Source: Eubacteriales bacterium
GTDB lineage: Bacteria; Bacillota; Clostridia; Oscillospirales; CAG-272
Assembly: GCA_045602385.1 (NCBI GenBank)
Contig: JAZSBL010000042.1
Location: 1,722-65,721 of the forward strand
Length of the DNA stretch: 64,000 bases
Reading direction: 5' to 3'
The notes beneath the pieces are model-generated. The model had not been told where the DNA came from. It was given only the letters and a program-made list of their open reading frames with translations, and made no database searches. The position numbers and the translations under genes are program-made. Shown here in pieces: positions 7,370-16,655 of this stretch. How positions within the stretch are numbered: position 1 is the first letter of the stretch; each line of letters opens with the position of its first letter.

Positions 7370-7615
7370 AATTATACAAAATCATAAAAAAATTGCACAG
7401 TAGCAAGTGCAACTGTGCAAAATGAGAGAAAGCCGAAGAAAGCCTTACGGCATAAGGGAAAAGGGCTGTTTTCGGGCAAAAGAAAATTGCACAGTAAAAA
7501 CCTTACTGTGCAAAAATATTTGATTGTCCGCTATTACCTCAAATGCAAGGAAAGCCTTACGGCGTAAAGGGTTCATGAATTATACAAAATTTTGATTTTG
7601 TATAATTATATCGGT
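7370..7615. repeat. Modular right-end repeat region, including the right terminal inverted repeat
   Basis: AATTATACAAAAT at 7370 and 7578 and inverted at 7595-7607; TTGCACAGT..ACTGTGCAA at 7393-7420 and 7487-7513; GAAAGCCTTACGGC at 7438 and 7550. Confidence 0.85.
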
Positions 7616-7684
7616 TGATGAATATGTGCCCTTTTTTACGAGATATTACTGTTTTTTGAGTTTTATAACTGTATTTCTCCTTGA

Positions 7685-7948
7685 TTATTTATTGCACAGA
7701 TACTTCTGCTTGGTTGCTTCTCCTCCTCGCAGGTGCCTTTCCTCCTTGTTTTTCTCCAGCACGCTTTTAACGTCCAGATACAAGGATTTATTGACCTTTT
7801 TTAATGACTGAGTTATATCTTTATGTACTGTGCTTTTACTGATCCCAAATCTTAATGCCGTAGCACGTACGGTCGTATTATTTTCTACAATATACAAACC
7901 GAGTACCACGCATCTTTCTTTACCGGATGCTAAATACATCATTGCCAA
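7685..7948 (-). CDS. spoIIID: Sporulation transcription factor SpoIIID
   Basis: YIVENNTTVRATA..FGISKSTVHKD...RHLRGGEATK. Confidence 0.92.
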   Translation of the reverse strand: MAMMYLASGKERCVVLGLYIVENNTTVRATALRFGISKSTVHKDITQSLKKVNKSLYLDVKSVLEKNKEERHLRGGEATKQKYLCNK

Positions 7949-7980
7949 CTACCTCTTTATTCGTTTGAGATTATAATATA

Positions 7981-8008
7981 AATTATGCTCGAACGGACGC
8001 GGTTATGA
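7981..8008 (-). promoter_or_regulatory. sigmaE-like promoter of spoIIID
   Basis: Minus strand tcATA-16 bp-CATAatt; spoIIID is sigmaE-dependent in B. subtilis. Confidence 0.6.
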
Positions 8009-8056
8009 ATGTATTACTGTATCTATACACAATGCTTTTATATTTAGGATCTGGAT

Positions 8057-8848
8057 ATGTTTAATATTGAAAATTTAGCCTTAGAGCTTGATAAATATGA
8101 TGTTTTTGAAGGAATGACCTCTATATCGGCTGTAATAAGATCGGTATCGCAGAATCTTAGCGACCGAAGGATTTTCGCCATTCTCTATGATTCGAAACGT
8201 GAAGATAAAAAAAGCCGTGAGCTTTCCTTTATAAAAAAATGCTCCCATGATTTGTCTTTTGAGGTCGCTTCGGTCTCATCCGAGGTGCTGTCCAACCTTA
8301 CAGCCGGTGAATCACACGGCGGTATCGTCGCAATAACCTCAAAACGCACATTCAATGACAACTTTGTTAAATTATTAACAAATACATCCTTTTATGCCCT
8401 TATAGACGGTATCGAGGATCCCTACAACTTTGCTTATTCGATTCGCTCACTCTATGCAGCCGGAGTTGACGGTATCATTCTTCCTCCGCGAAATTGGATG
8501 GATTATTCGGGTACTGTTGCGCGATCCTCTGCCGGTACGAGCGAGCTTGCAAATATATACGTGTGTGACACTCTTGAAGCGGTAAAACAATTTAAGGAAG
8601 CCGGATTCAAGGTCGTTTGCGCATCCATAAGAGACTCCGTTTCTATTTATGAATACGACTTCACTTCCCCTACTCTGCTCATTGTTGGCGGTGAGAAAAG
8701 AGGTATTTCCAGAAAGCTTTTAGATCTTTCCGATGCCAACGTGAGAATTGAATACGGCAGAGAGTTTATGGGATCTCTTCCCTCTGCCTCTGCAGTTTCG
8801 GTCATTGCGTTTGAGATTGCCCGTCAAAAGGCATCTTTCAACAAATGA
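8057..8848 (+). CDS. TrmH/SpoU-family RNA methyltransferase
   Basis: HGGIVA, IEDPYN, GGEKRGIS SPOUT motifs. Confidence 0.85.
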   Translation: MFNIENLALELDKYDVFEGMTSISAVIRSVSQNLSDRRIFAILYDSKREDKKSRELSFIKKCSHDLSFEVASVSSEVLSNLTAGESHGGIVAITSKRTFNDNFVKLLTNTSFYALIDGIEDPYNFAYSIRSLYAAGVDGIILPPRNWMDYSGTVARSSAGTSELANIYVCDTLEAVKQFKEAGFKVVCASIRDSVSIYEYDFTSPTLLIVGGEKRGISRKLLDLSDANVRIEYGREFMGSLPSASAVSVIAFEIARQKASFNK

Positions 8849-8927
8849 TGTTATATCAAATATTCCGCTATTGAATCATAATCAATAGTATTTATGTAAA
8901 AACAATTGAATCGTATCGAGGAATACC

Positions 8928-9776
8928 ATGAGAAAGAAAATATCCTTTATAGGAGTTGGAAATATGGCATCCGCCATTATTAACGGAATAACAAGCAAGG
9001 ATGAAAATCCTATTTTATGGTCTGACATTCTGCTTTATGACAACAATTTGGGAAAAATGTCGAAATACGCGCTTGAGGGCGCCCAAATAGCGCATAGCCT
9101 GGACGAGGCCGCCTTTTCAGCCGACTGCATTATTCTTTGTGTAAAGCCACAGAATTATGCGGAGGTTCTTCCCGTGCTTTCGGGAGTAGAAGGCATTCAG
9201 GACAAGCTTATTATTTCTATTGCAGCAGGTATTTCAACAGACAGCATTGAGCCGAGTGTTAAAGGTGCGCCCATAGTACGGGTTATGCCCAACACACCTA
9301 TGCTTATAGGTCAAGGGGTGAGCGCGCTTTGCAGAACATCAAAGGTTTCTGACGAGGATTTTGATTTTGCATGCGACATATTTGCTTCGGCGGGCAGAAT
9401 AATCAAAATAACCGAGGATGAGATGAACAAGATCATATGTGTCACAGGCTCTTCGCCTGCATACATATTTATGGTAATAAAAGCTATGCTTGATGCAGCA
9501 GAAAACCAGGGACTTGTAATGGCTGATACGAACCGGGCAAGCCTTGATAAAAAAGAGCTTTTAGATGCTATATGTGATACAGTAATCGGATCTGCAATGC
9601 TTGCTAAATCAAGCAGTAAAACTCTTGACGAGCAAATACAGACAGTTTGCTCCAAGGGTGGCACGACCGAACAGGCCGTGTCAGAGCTTGAAAGGTACAA
9701 AATATTTGAAGCATTTGACAGCGCGATGGCAAAATGTACTGCTCGCGCATACGAGCTTGGAGCAACTAAGAAATAA
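8928..9776 (+). CDS. proC: Pyrroline-5-carboxylate reductase
   Basis: FIGVGNMA, CVKPQ, RVMPNTP, TGSSPAY, VCSKGGTT. Confidence 0.92.
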   Translation: MRKKISFIGVGNMASAIINGITSKDENPILWSDILLYDNNLGKMSKYALEGAQIAHSLDEAAFSADCIILCVKPQNYAEVLPVLSGVEGIQDKLIISIAAGISTDSIEPSVKGAPIVRVMPNTPMLIGQGVSALCRTSKVSDEDFDFACDIFASAGRIIKITEDEMNKIICVTGSSPAYIFMVIKAMLDAAENQGLVMADTNRASLDKKELLDAICDTVIGSAMLAKSSSKTLDEQIQTVCSKGGTTEQAVSELERYKIFEAFDSAMAKCTARAYELGATKK

Positions 9777-9796
9777 ACCAAATATAAGGAACTATC

Positions 9797-10753
9797 ATGA
9801 AAGATACTACAAAAAAGAGATTCAATCTCTTTAAATTTAATCGAGACGGAAAAGGAATCGATCCCGGTGAGGACAGGACCCCCAACCTCAAGTTTTTCTT
9901 CAAGCAGCTTTGGAGAAAGCTCTCAAAGATACTTACACTTAACATGATAATGATCTTCCAGGTCATACCGCTTATACTTTGTTTGTATCTATACTTTATA
10001 GCTACCCCCACTACACCTACCTTTTATTTCCCCGAATACTCAGCAATGTTTGGAATACAAGAGGCGGCGGCTTCATCCGCAAGCTCAATCAATCTTGGTT
10101 TCTTCTCCCTGCAGCACCCTCTGCCTGCTTATGACACCTATATCTACTGGGTAATCGCAATATTGGCAATAATACACGTTGTCACGTTCGGTTGGCAGAA
10201 GGTCGGCGCGACGTATGTTTTAAGAGGTCTTGTGCGTGGCGACAGTGTATTTGTATGGTCTGATTTCTTCTATGCGATCAAGAAAAACCTGAAGCAGGGC
10301 TTGCTCCTTGGACTGATTGACAGTGTTGCGATGTTTGCCCTTGCATTTGATATCATATACTTCTACACCTCGCCCCCAAGCAGCATGAATAACTTCATGT
10401 ATATCATGACTATTGCGCTTATCGTGCTTTATATGATATTCCGCTTTTATACATATCTCATGGTCGTTACATTTGATATGAAGCTGTCAAAAATATTCAA
10501 AAACGCTCTGATCTTCATTGTGCTTGGCATCAAGAGGAATATTATGGCGCTTTTAGGGCTTGCCGCTGTTACCGCAATCGCGGTTGTATTTATTGTTCTC
10601 TTCCTGCCCATGGGCCTTGGAGTAACGCTTGTACTTCCCTTTATATATTATCTCGGCCTTTGCGGATTTATCTACACATATGCCGCGTATCCAATTATCG
10701 AGAGATACATGATAGAGCCTGTTGAAACAACCAATACATCATCAGAGGAATAA
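9797..10753 (+). CDS. Integral membrane protein (DUF624/YesL-like)
   Basis: Several TM helices; LVRGDSVFVWSDFFYAIKKNLKQ pattern. Confidence 0.7.
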   Translation: MKDTTKKRFNLFKFNRDGKGIDPGEDRTPNLKFFFKQLWRKLSKILTLNMIMIFQVIPLILCLYLYFIATPTTPTFYFPEYSAMFGIQEAAASSASSINLGFFSLQHPLPAYDTYIYWVIAILAIIHVVTFGWQKVGATYVLRGLVRGDSVFVWSDFFYAIKKNLKQGLLLGLIDSVAMFALAFDIIYFYTSPPSSMNNFMYIMTIALIVLYMIFRFYTYLMVVTFDMKLSKIFKNALIFIVLGIKRNIMALLGLAAVTAIAVVFIVLFLPMGLGVTLVLPFIYYLGLCGFIYTYAAYPIIERYMIEPVETTNTSSEE

Positions 10754-10764
10754 TAATATCCCAC

Positions 10765-10804
10765 AAAGGCTTTGAAGCAGCTACTACTTCAAAGCCTTTA
10801 TTTT
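10765..10804. terminator. Bidirectional terminator between convergent genes
   Basis: AAAGGCTTTGAAG/CTTCAAAGCCTTT stem. Confidence 0.7.
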
Positions 10805-11520
10805 GATCCTATAAGCTCGCTGACTGTGACAAATTGGTATCCTTTTTCAATTAATGTTGGCAAGAACAACTCCAGCGCCTCGACTGTTGGGCTGTTATAG
10901 GAAATATAGTCATGCATCAATATTATATCGCCCGAAGATGCCTTTTCGATAACCATTTTTGCTATACTTTCCGGAGGTGTATGGTCCCAATCGCGAGTAT
11001 CTATATCCCACAATATAACCTTATAGTCAAGCTCTCGCAAAAGAGTGGTAACGCCGTTGTCGATCATCCCCTCGGGCGGGCGGAAGAGCTTTGTACGACA
11101 CTCGCCGTGCTCATATATCTCCTCCTCACACTTCTCTACTTCTCTCCTCAAAGCATTTGTATCAATTCGTGACACGTGTGGGTGTGTATAGGTGTGATTC
11201 CCGATTTCATGCCCGTGGGATAGTATCTCCTCAAAAGCGCTTGGATAATAATGGACATTTGCTCCAACCGTGAAAAAGGTTGCTTTTATATTATATTTGT
11301 CCAAAACCTCAAGTATTTTGGGGGTGAGTCTCGGATGCGGACCGTCATCAAACGTAAGCGCTATCTTCTTATATTGATTCTCGTTCTTTCTGTAGACGTC
11401 GGAATGATCCCCTTCCTGAAAATTATTTGCCGATATCGCAATTTCGCAAGGCTTTATCCCACAATTAAACGCGACAACCGACAAAAGGATCAAGACTCCA
11501 ATCCTAATGAATATCCGCAT
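10798..11520 (-). CDS. Polysaccharide/peptidoglycan deacetylase (NodB domain)
   Basis: LTFDDGP, HEIGNHTYTH, FRPP, DTRDW, ILMHD; N-terminal signal/TM; start placed at ATG 11520. Confidence 0.88.
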   Translation of the reverse strand: MRIFIRIGVLILLSVVAFNCGIKPCEIAISANNFQEGDHSDVYRKNENQYKKIALTFDDGPHPRLTPKILEVLDKYNIKATFFTVGANVHYYPSAFEEILSHGHEIGNHTYTHPHVSRIDTNALRREVEKCEEEIYEHGECRTKLFRPPEGMIDNGVTTLLRELDYKVILWDIDTRDWDHTPPESIAKMVIEKASSGDIILMHDYISYNSPTVEALELFLPTLIEKGYQFVTVSELIGSK

Positions 11521-11527
11521 TGTTCTG

Positions 11528-12301
11528 TTACCCTTCAAGCTCATCAAGCGTTCCAAATCTATAGCCCTGTGATTTCAGCTCTCTTATGACATCGCCCAGA
11601 ATTTTCGCATTCGTGCTTGATGTTGGATGCAAGAGCATTATTTCACCGTTGTGGATATTGTCAAGTATTTTATTTTTGGCTTTCTCTGTATCCATTTGCT
11701 TTTGGTTATCCCAATCGGCATATCCGAAGCTCCAAAACACCGTTTTATATCCCATGGCCCTTGCATACTCAAGACTGTCACGGTCAAATTTTCCCTCCGG
11801 AGGTCTATAATATTTTGATAGGGGCTTCCCTGTTTTATCTATGCAAGACTCTTCAAGCCTTTCAAGCTCTGCTTGAAATTCGCTCTGACTCTTATTCACC
11901 ATGGACTTGTGTGAATAGGTGTGATTGCAGACAAGGTGACCTTCATTCTGCATTCTTTTTATCAAATTTGTTTCTTTTTCTATCATGTGTCCGAGAACAA
12001 AGAATGCCGCCGGAACTTTTTCATTTTTTAAGGTATCAAGGATCTTTGAAACGTTTCCGTTCTCATATCCTGCGTCAAATGTCAGGTAAATTACCTTGTC
12101 ATCGCAATCATCGCCGTGCTTTTTATCCAAGTAAAATCCCCCGTAGTCTTCAACAAAGGATATGCTTGAATCGGCTACGGGCTGTCGGTGATCTTTACGG
12201 TGGACACAAAACCAGCTGTGTACATTTGATTCCGCGCTGACAGGCAAGGCGAGGCACATAAGCAGGCTGCAAATACAAAACACCTTTGCTGTTTTTTTCA
12301 T
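11528..12301 (-). CDS. pdaA: Spore cortex muramic delta-lactam deacetylase, PdaA-like
   Basis: YLTFDAGYENG, NHTYSH, RPPEG, FWSF.YADW, LLH; AAAGGAG RBS before ATG 12301. Confidence 0.8.
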   Translation of the reverse strand: MKKTAKVFCICSLLMCLALPVSAESNVHSWFCVHRKDHRQPVADSSISFVEDYGGFYLDKKHGDDCDDKVIYLTFDAGYENGNVSKILDTLKNEKVPAAFFVLGHMIEKETNLIKRMQNEGHLVCNHTYSHKSMVNKSQSEFQAELERLEESCIDKTGKPLSKYYRPPEGKFDRDSLEYARAMGYKTVFWSFGYADWDNQKQMDTEKAKNKILDNIHNGEIMLLHPTSSTNAKILGDVIRELKSQGYRFGTLDELEG

Positions 12302-12421
12302 AAAAACATCTCCTTTCAACTTCTTTGTTATTAGTCTTTCATCATTGCTCCATCATATTTAACCAATTAAATGAAAAGGTGTTTTTTTAAGTAAATATAA
12401 TAATTTTTTTGGTGTTTTATA

Positions 12422-12450
12422 TTGACAAACACAAAAGTGAGGTATAGAAT
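12422..12450 (+). promoter_or_regulatory. sigmaA promoter
   Basis: TTGACA-17 bp-TAGAAT. Confidence 0.65.
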
Positions 12451-12504
12451 ATAAGTATAGACATTGCCTCAAACAAGATATTTTATGAGGATTTAGGAGT
12501 TACC

Positions 12505-12780
12505 ATGGGAGAATTTTGGGACGTTTTTTTGGGCATTTTTATAGGTGCTTTGTGTGGGGTGATACCGTTTGTTTACGGTCTGATTTCACATCACAATGCA
12601 TTGGCAATCGTCGCAATTGTCGCCACGATAATTTCCGGTGTGATCTTTGTAATCTTTGATAAGCCGCCGTTCACGGCGATAGGCGTAGCAATAATATTTC
12701 TGGTGTTCTTATTCGCCAAAAACAAGAACAAACACTATAAAGACAACGAAGATCACGAAGAATACTTAAATGATGAATAA
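12505..12780 (+). CDS. Small membrane protein, unknown function
   Basis: Three hydrophobic segments, AGGAG RBS, own promoter and terminator. Confidence 0.7.
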   Translation: MGEFWDVFLGIFIGALCGVIPFVYGLISHHNALAIVAIVATIISGVIFVIFDKPPFTAIGVAIIFLVFLFAKNKNKHYKDNEDHEEYLNDE

Positions 12781-12783
12781 ATT

Positions 12784-12815
12784 ACATCCGACATTGACAT
12801 GTCGGATGTTTTTTT
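12784..12815 (+). terminator. Intrinsic terminator
   Basis: ACATCCGACAT/ATGTCGGATGT stem plus a T run. Confidence 0.8.
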
Positions 12816-12911
12816 ATGCCGAAATATAGAAAAAACTATATACAAAAAGGAATTTATGTGTTATAATTATTATGTATAATAATATTTATATAGCACAAAG
12901 GGGTAGCGACC

Positions 12912-13766
12912 GTGGAAAAGAACAATTATAAGAAAAAGAGCAATTATAATAGAGGAGCGGACAAAAAGGATTTCCGTAACAATGAAATAGCTACGCACCA
13001 AAGAAACAACAGAAACGAAGAGCAAGGCGAGGACACGGGACTTGTCGTGGGCAGAAATGCAGTCCGTGAGCTTTTAAAGTCAAACCGTGAGATAGACAAG
13101 ATCTTGGTACAGCGCGGAGAGCGTGAGGGATCTATCGTAGTCCTTGTTGCTATGGCGATCGAAAAAGGAATCCCTGTAGTTGAGACCGACAAGAGCAAGC
13201 TCGATTCCCTTTCATCCTCTGCCCCCCATCAGGGTATTATTGCTATGGCTTCAGAAAAGGAATACTGCTCTGTTGAGGATATTTTGAATATTGCCAAGGA
13301 AAGAGGAGAGGCTCCCCTTATTGTTATTGCGGACGGCATTACAGATCCGCACAATCTTGGCGCGCTTATCAGATGCGCCGAGGGCGCAGGCGCACATGGA
13401 ATCATTATTCCCAAACGACGCTCCACGGGCTTAACACCTGTGGTTTCCAAAGCCTCTGCAGGTGCAATAGAGCATATGGCAATAGCAAAGGTTGCAAATA
13501 TCTCCAATACGATTCGCTATCTTAAGGATAACGGACTTTGGATCTTTGCAGCCGAGGCGGGCGGGAAGCCCTATTACGAAACAGACTTCAAGGGTCCTTG
13601 CGGACTCGTATTCGGAAGTGAGGGCAACGGTGTATCACAGATAGTTATTGATAACTCAGATGCGCTGACATCTATTCCTATGTATGGCAAGGTAAACTCC
13701 TTTAACGTTTCCACTGCAGCCTCCGTAATTCTCTGCGAGGCCGCAAGACAGAACAGAACAAAGTAA
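12912..13766 (+). CDS. rlmB: 23S rRNA Gm2251 methyltransferase
   Basis: GRNAVRE, HQGIIA, DPHNLGALIR, GSEGNG, IPMYGKVNSFNVS. Confidence 0.88.
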   Translation: MEKNNYKKKSNYNRGADKKDFRNNEIATHQRNNRNEEQGEDTGLVVGRNAVRELLKSNREIDKILVQRGEREGSIVVLVAMAIEKGIPVVETDKSKLDSLSSSAPHQGIIAMASEKEYCSVEDILNIAKERGEAPLIVIADGITDPHNLGALIRCAEGAGAHGIIIPKRRSTGLTPVVSKASAGAIEHMAIAKVANISNTIRYLKDNGLWIFAAEAGGKPYYETDFKGPCGLVFGSEGNGVSQIVIDNSDALTSIPMYGKVNSFNVSTAASVILCEAARQNRTK

Positions 13767-13784
13767 TCTACAAGGGGGATCGCG

Positions 13785-16643
13785 ATGGCAAAAAAGAAAA
13801 AAAGCGAGATAGATGCTATTCTCGAACAGCTTAAAAATTCATATTTCGATGATTCCCGCGATATAGATGAGGAATCAACCGAACAAGCCTTTGAATCCGA
13901 AGAGGATGCCGAGCTTGCGGCTGTGCTTGAAAAGATCTTCTCAGAATCCGAGGATGAATATAATGTGGCAAGCGACGAATTTGAGCAATCCGAAGCTCCA
14001 AAAGCACCAAATGAGGAAGTGATCAAAGCAGAGATCGCTGAGCCTAAGACTGAGTATTCAGTTGAAACTCCTCAAGAATCTACTACGGTTGCCGAGGAAT
14101 CCGACAACGAGGATTCTCAAGCAGTAATTAACGACGTAAAAACAGAAGAAGAACGCGTTGACGACGTTCTGAAATCAATGTTCCACTTTGGAGACTCCGA
14201 ACCCCAAGCAGCTCCCGCTACCGTGGAGAATGGCGACATTTTGGATAGCAAGGTTGACGAGCCGGTATCCGTTGAGATGACGGAGCCCTCACGATACGGC
14301 GCTATGGATACTGAGGCCGTTGATGTCATTGAGGAGCAGATTGCGGAAGAGCCCCTCCCCTCCTTGGTGGAAAACATATCCGACGAGCTCCCCTCTAATG
14401 ATGAGCCTGTGCTTAGTGATGCGACGGTGGAAGACTATTCCGGATTTGAGTTGATCGAGGAAGAACCGCAAAAGTCTTCTCTTGGCGATATTGTGGACTG
14501 TGATCCGTCCGCCACATATATCGACGAGCTTATTGAACAAGCAGCCGAGCCTATAGAAAAGAAAAAGATTGTTCTCTCTCCCGATGAGTACACTGACGAC
14601 ATTATGCAATATTCCCTTTCGGGTATTTCGTTCTACAAGCCCCAAAAGGATGTTGACTTTTCCGTGATTGAAGCCGCTATCAAAGCAGAAGAAAATGCCG
14701 AGATCGGCGAGGTCGTAACAAGCACAGAGAGCACAGACTCCAAGTCGGATATAAGCGACAAGGACATAGCTCTTCTCATGAAGCTTGGATACAGCGGCGA
14801 GATAAACGCAAGTGGAGAAAATGAGCATGCGCACAAAGTCATTTTTGACAAGAGCAAGACCTACGTTCCCGAAAGCCACGATATCGTACACGGCTTCTCC
14901 GGGAAGGAATTTACAAGCAGAGCTCAGGCCCCTGCTATTCAAAAGAAATTCAAGCAGGATAAGCTTTCCATACTGATCAGCGCAATAATAGTATCCTTGC
15001 TTGCACTGATCGCGGTCGTCACCGATTTTATTGCGGTATTCTCATACGTAAAATATGACTCACTTACGCTAATATGCTTATTGTGCTCGGTTGGCGCTTT
15101 ACTGGTCATGTCTAAAAAGGTACTTTCGGGCATATCTGCGATCATCAAATTTGATACAAATCAGTATTCAGTTCCCTCTCTGCTGCTTATAGAGGGTGCC
15201 GCATGCAATCTGATAATGGGATTGATCCTTGCACTCGGATCTGCATCTATGACCGGTGGATACTATTATTCTGTTGGTGGATATGCCGTTCTGTATATGG
15301 CGATCGCCGCATGGAGCGAATGGATCGACTGCTGCCGAGAATCGGGCGTATTTGATTTTATTGCAACAAACAAAAAAATGTACGTTGCAGAAAAGCGCAC
15401 AAGCGCAGATTTTCACTACAACGAGAACAAACGCAGACACGCAAGCTCGTCCGAAAATACCGGCGGCAGATACATTGTAAAGCAAGCAAAATTTGTTAGC
15501 GGATTCCATAACAAGATCACAAGCAACAGATCCGGTATTTCAAAGATCTTTATAACAATTGGTATTATCCCTGCGATAGCTATAATCATGGGAATGGTAA
15601 TAGCCATCGTTAACGACAGCCTTGTTTCGGGTCTCTCCGGAATGTCCTTTATCTTCTTCCTTTCAGCTCCGCTTTTAGGTGTTGTTTCCCTTTCCTTGGT
15701 CGAGCTTTTGAACTATTTCAAGCTCAAGCAGATCAACTCGGCCTTTATAAGCTCGGGGGCATTCGAATCTATATCCAACGCGCGCTCGATTGTATTTAAG
15801 GACAGGGATGCCGTTGAGGTGGTCGCCTACACTCCTATAAACCCGAACAAGAATGCGGACAATCCCCGCAAGTGGCTTAATATAGCAAGGCAGGTATTTG
15901 AAGCGCTTGGCGGACCGCTTTCGATAATTGAAAAAAACGAAAACACTTCTTCCTCCAACATCGAACACGATATCGCTATAAACGCTATATCCGACAACGG
16001 TATCGATATATACTTTGATTCGTCAATGAATATACTGATCGGCGATCGCTCATACATGCAGGCGCACAACATTAAGGTTAAGACAGACGTTAATTTGACC
16101 GGTGCGATACGCGGTGCGGAGCGTTCGGTAATATATATGGCATTCGACAAAGTGCCGCAAATAGGATTGATCGTCACTAGCAAGGTGAAGAAAAGCTTCC
16201 TTAAGACTATCTCTCTCTTAAGCAGTAACGGTATTAATATCGAAGTTAAGTCCTATGAGCCTGAGGTAAATGAATACTTCTTTGAACTAAACGTTCCCGA
16301 CTGTCCCATAACTACCGTGAAGCCTCTTAACTACGAGAGAGCCGATGCATCCGACGTTTCCGACTGCGAGCTTGTTTCCACCAATTCGCTGGATATATGC
16401 CGCTCGATCGTATATTCAAAGGTCGTTGCAAGCGACATCAGAAAGGCAAAAGCACAACGCAAGACCCAATCAATCATTGGTTTTATTGCATCCGTTGCTC
16501 TGGGGCTCCTGCTTTGCTTGCCCTCGAACATTAAGCTTATCGGCTTTTTGCAGAAATACAGCCCTGTGCTCTTCTATGCAATTTCGATAGCGATGATAAT
16601 CCCCAGCATTATACATATAGTAAAAGTTTTAAAGCGAAAGTAA
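13785..16643 (+). CDS. Large membrane protein: acidic disordered N-terminus plus a degenerate P-type ATPase-like C-terminus
   Basis: ~300 aa E/D-rich region, several TM helices, SIVFKDRD where DKTGT is expected, ILIGDRSYM. Confidence 0.55.
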   Translation: MAKKKKSEIDAILEQLKNSYFDDSRDIDEESTEQAFESEEDAELAAVLEKIFSESEDEYNVASDEFEQSEAPKAPNEEVIKAEIAEPKTEYSVETPQESTTVAEESDNEDSQAVINDVKTEEERVDDVLKSMFHFGDSEPQAAPATVENGDILDSKVDEPVSVEMTEPSRYGAMDTEAVDVIEEQIAEEPLPSLVENISDELPSNDEPVLSDATVEDYSGFELIEEEPQKSSLGDIVDCDPSATYIDELIEQAAEPIEKKKIVLSPDEYTDDIMQYSLSGISFYKPQKDVDFSVIEAAIKAEENAEIGEVVTSTESTDSKSDISDKDIALLMKLGYSGEINASGENEHAHKVIFDKSKTYVPESHDIVHGFSGKEFTSRAQAPAIQKKFKQDKLSILISAIIVSLLALIAVVTDFIAVFSYVKYDSLTLICLLCSVGALLVMSKKVLSGISAIIKFDTNQYSVPSLLLIEGAACNLIMGLILALGSASMTGGYYYSVGGYAVLYMAIAAWSEWIDCCRESGVFDFIATNKKMYVAEKRTSADFHYNENKRRHASSSENTGGRYIVKQAKFVSGFHNKITSNRSGISKIFITIGIIPAIAIIMGMVIAIVNDSLVSGLSGMSFIFFLSAPLLGVVSLSLVELLNYFKLKQINSAFISSGAFESISNARSIVFKDRDAVEVVAYTPINPNKNADNPRKWLNIARQVFEALGGPLSIIEKNENTSSSNIEHDIAINAISDNGIDIYFDSSMNILIGDRSYMQAHNIKVKTDVNLTGAIRGAERSVIYMAFDKVPQIGLIVTSKVKKSFLKTISLLSSNGINIEVKSYEPEVNEYFFELNVPDCPITTVKPLNYERADASDVSDCELVSTNSLDICRSIVYSKVVASDIRKAKAQRKTQSIIGFIASVALGLLLCLPSNIKLIGFLQKYSPVLFYAISIAMIIPSIIHIVKVLKRK

Positions 16644-16655
16644 AGAGAATTTAGC

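Larger units (their letters stand above)
5399..7615. mobile_element. Small integrated rolling-circle (Rep_2/HUH) element without an integrase, bounded by 21-bp inverted repeats
   Basis: ACCGATATAATTATACAAAAT at 5399-5419 and its reverse complement at 7595-7615; contains Rep, Com-like, small helical and Xre ORFs; looks more AT-rich than flanking genes (not computed). Confidence 0.75.

Noticed and set aside
7370-7615. CRISPR array or tRNA in the repeat region
   Set aside because: Repeats are short, of several types and irregularly spaced; no cas genes and no cloverleaf
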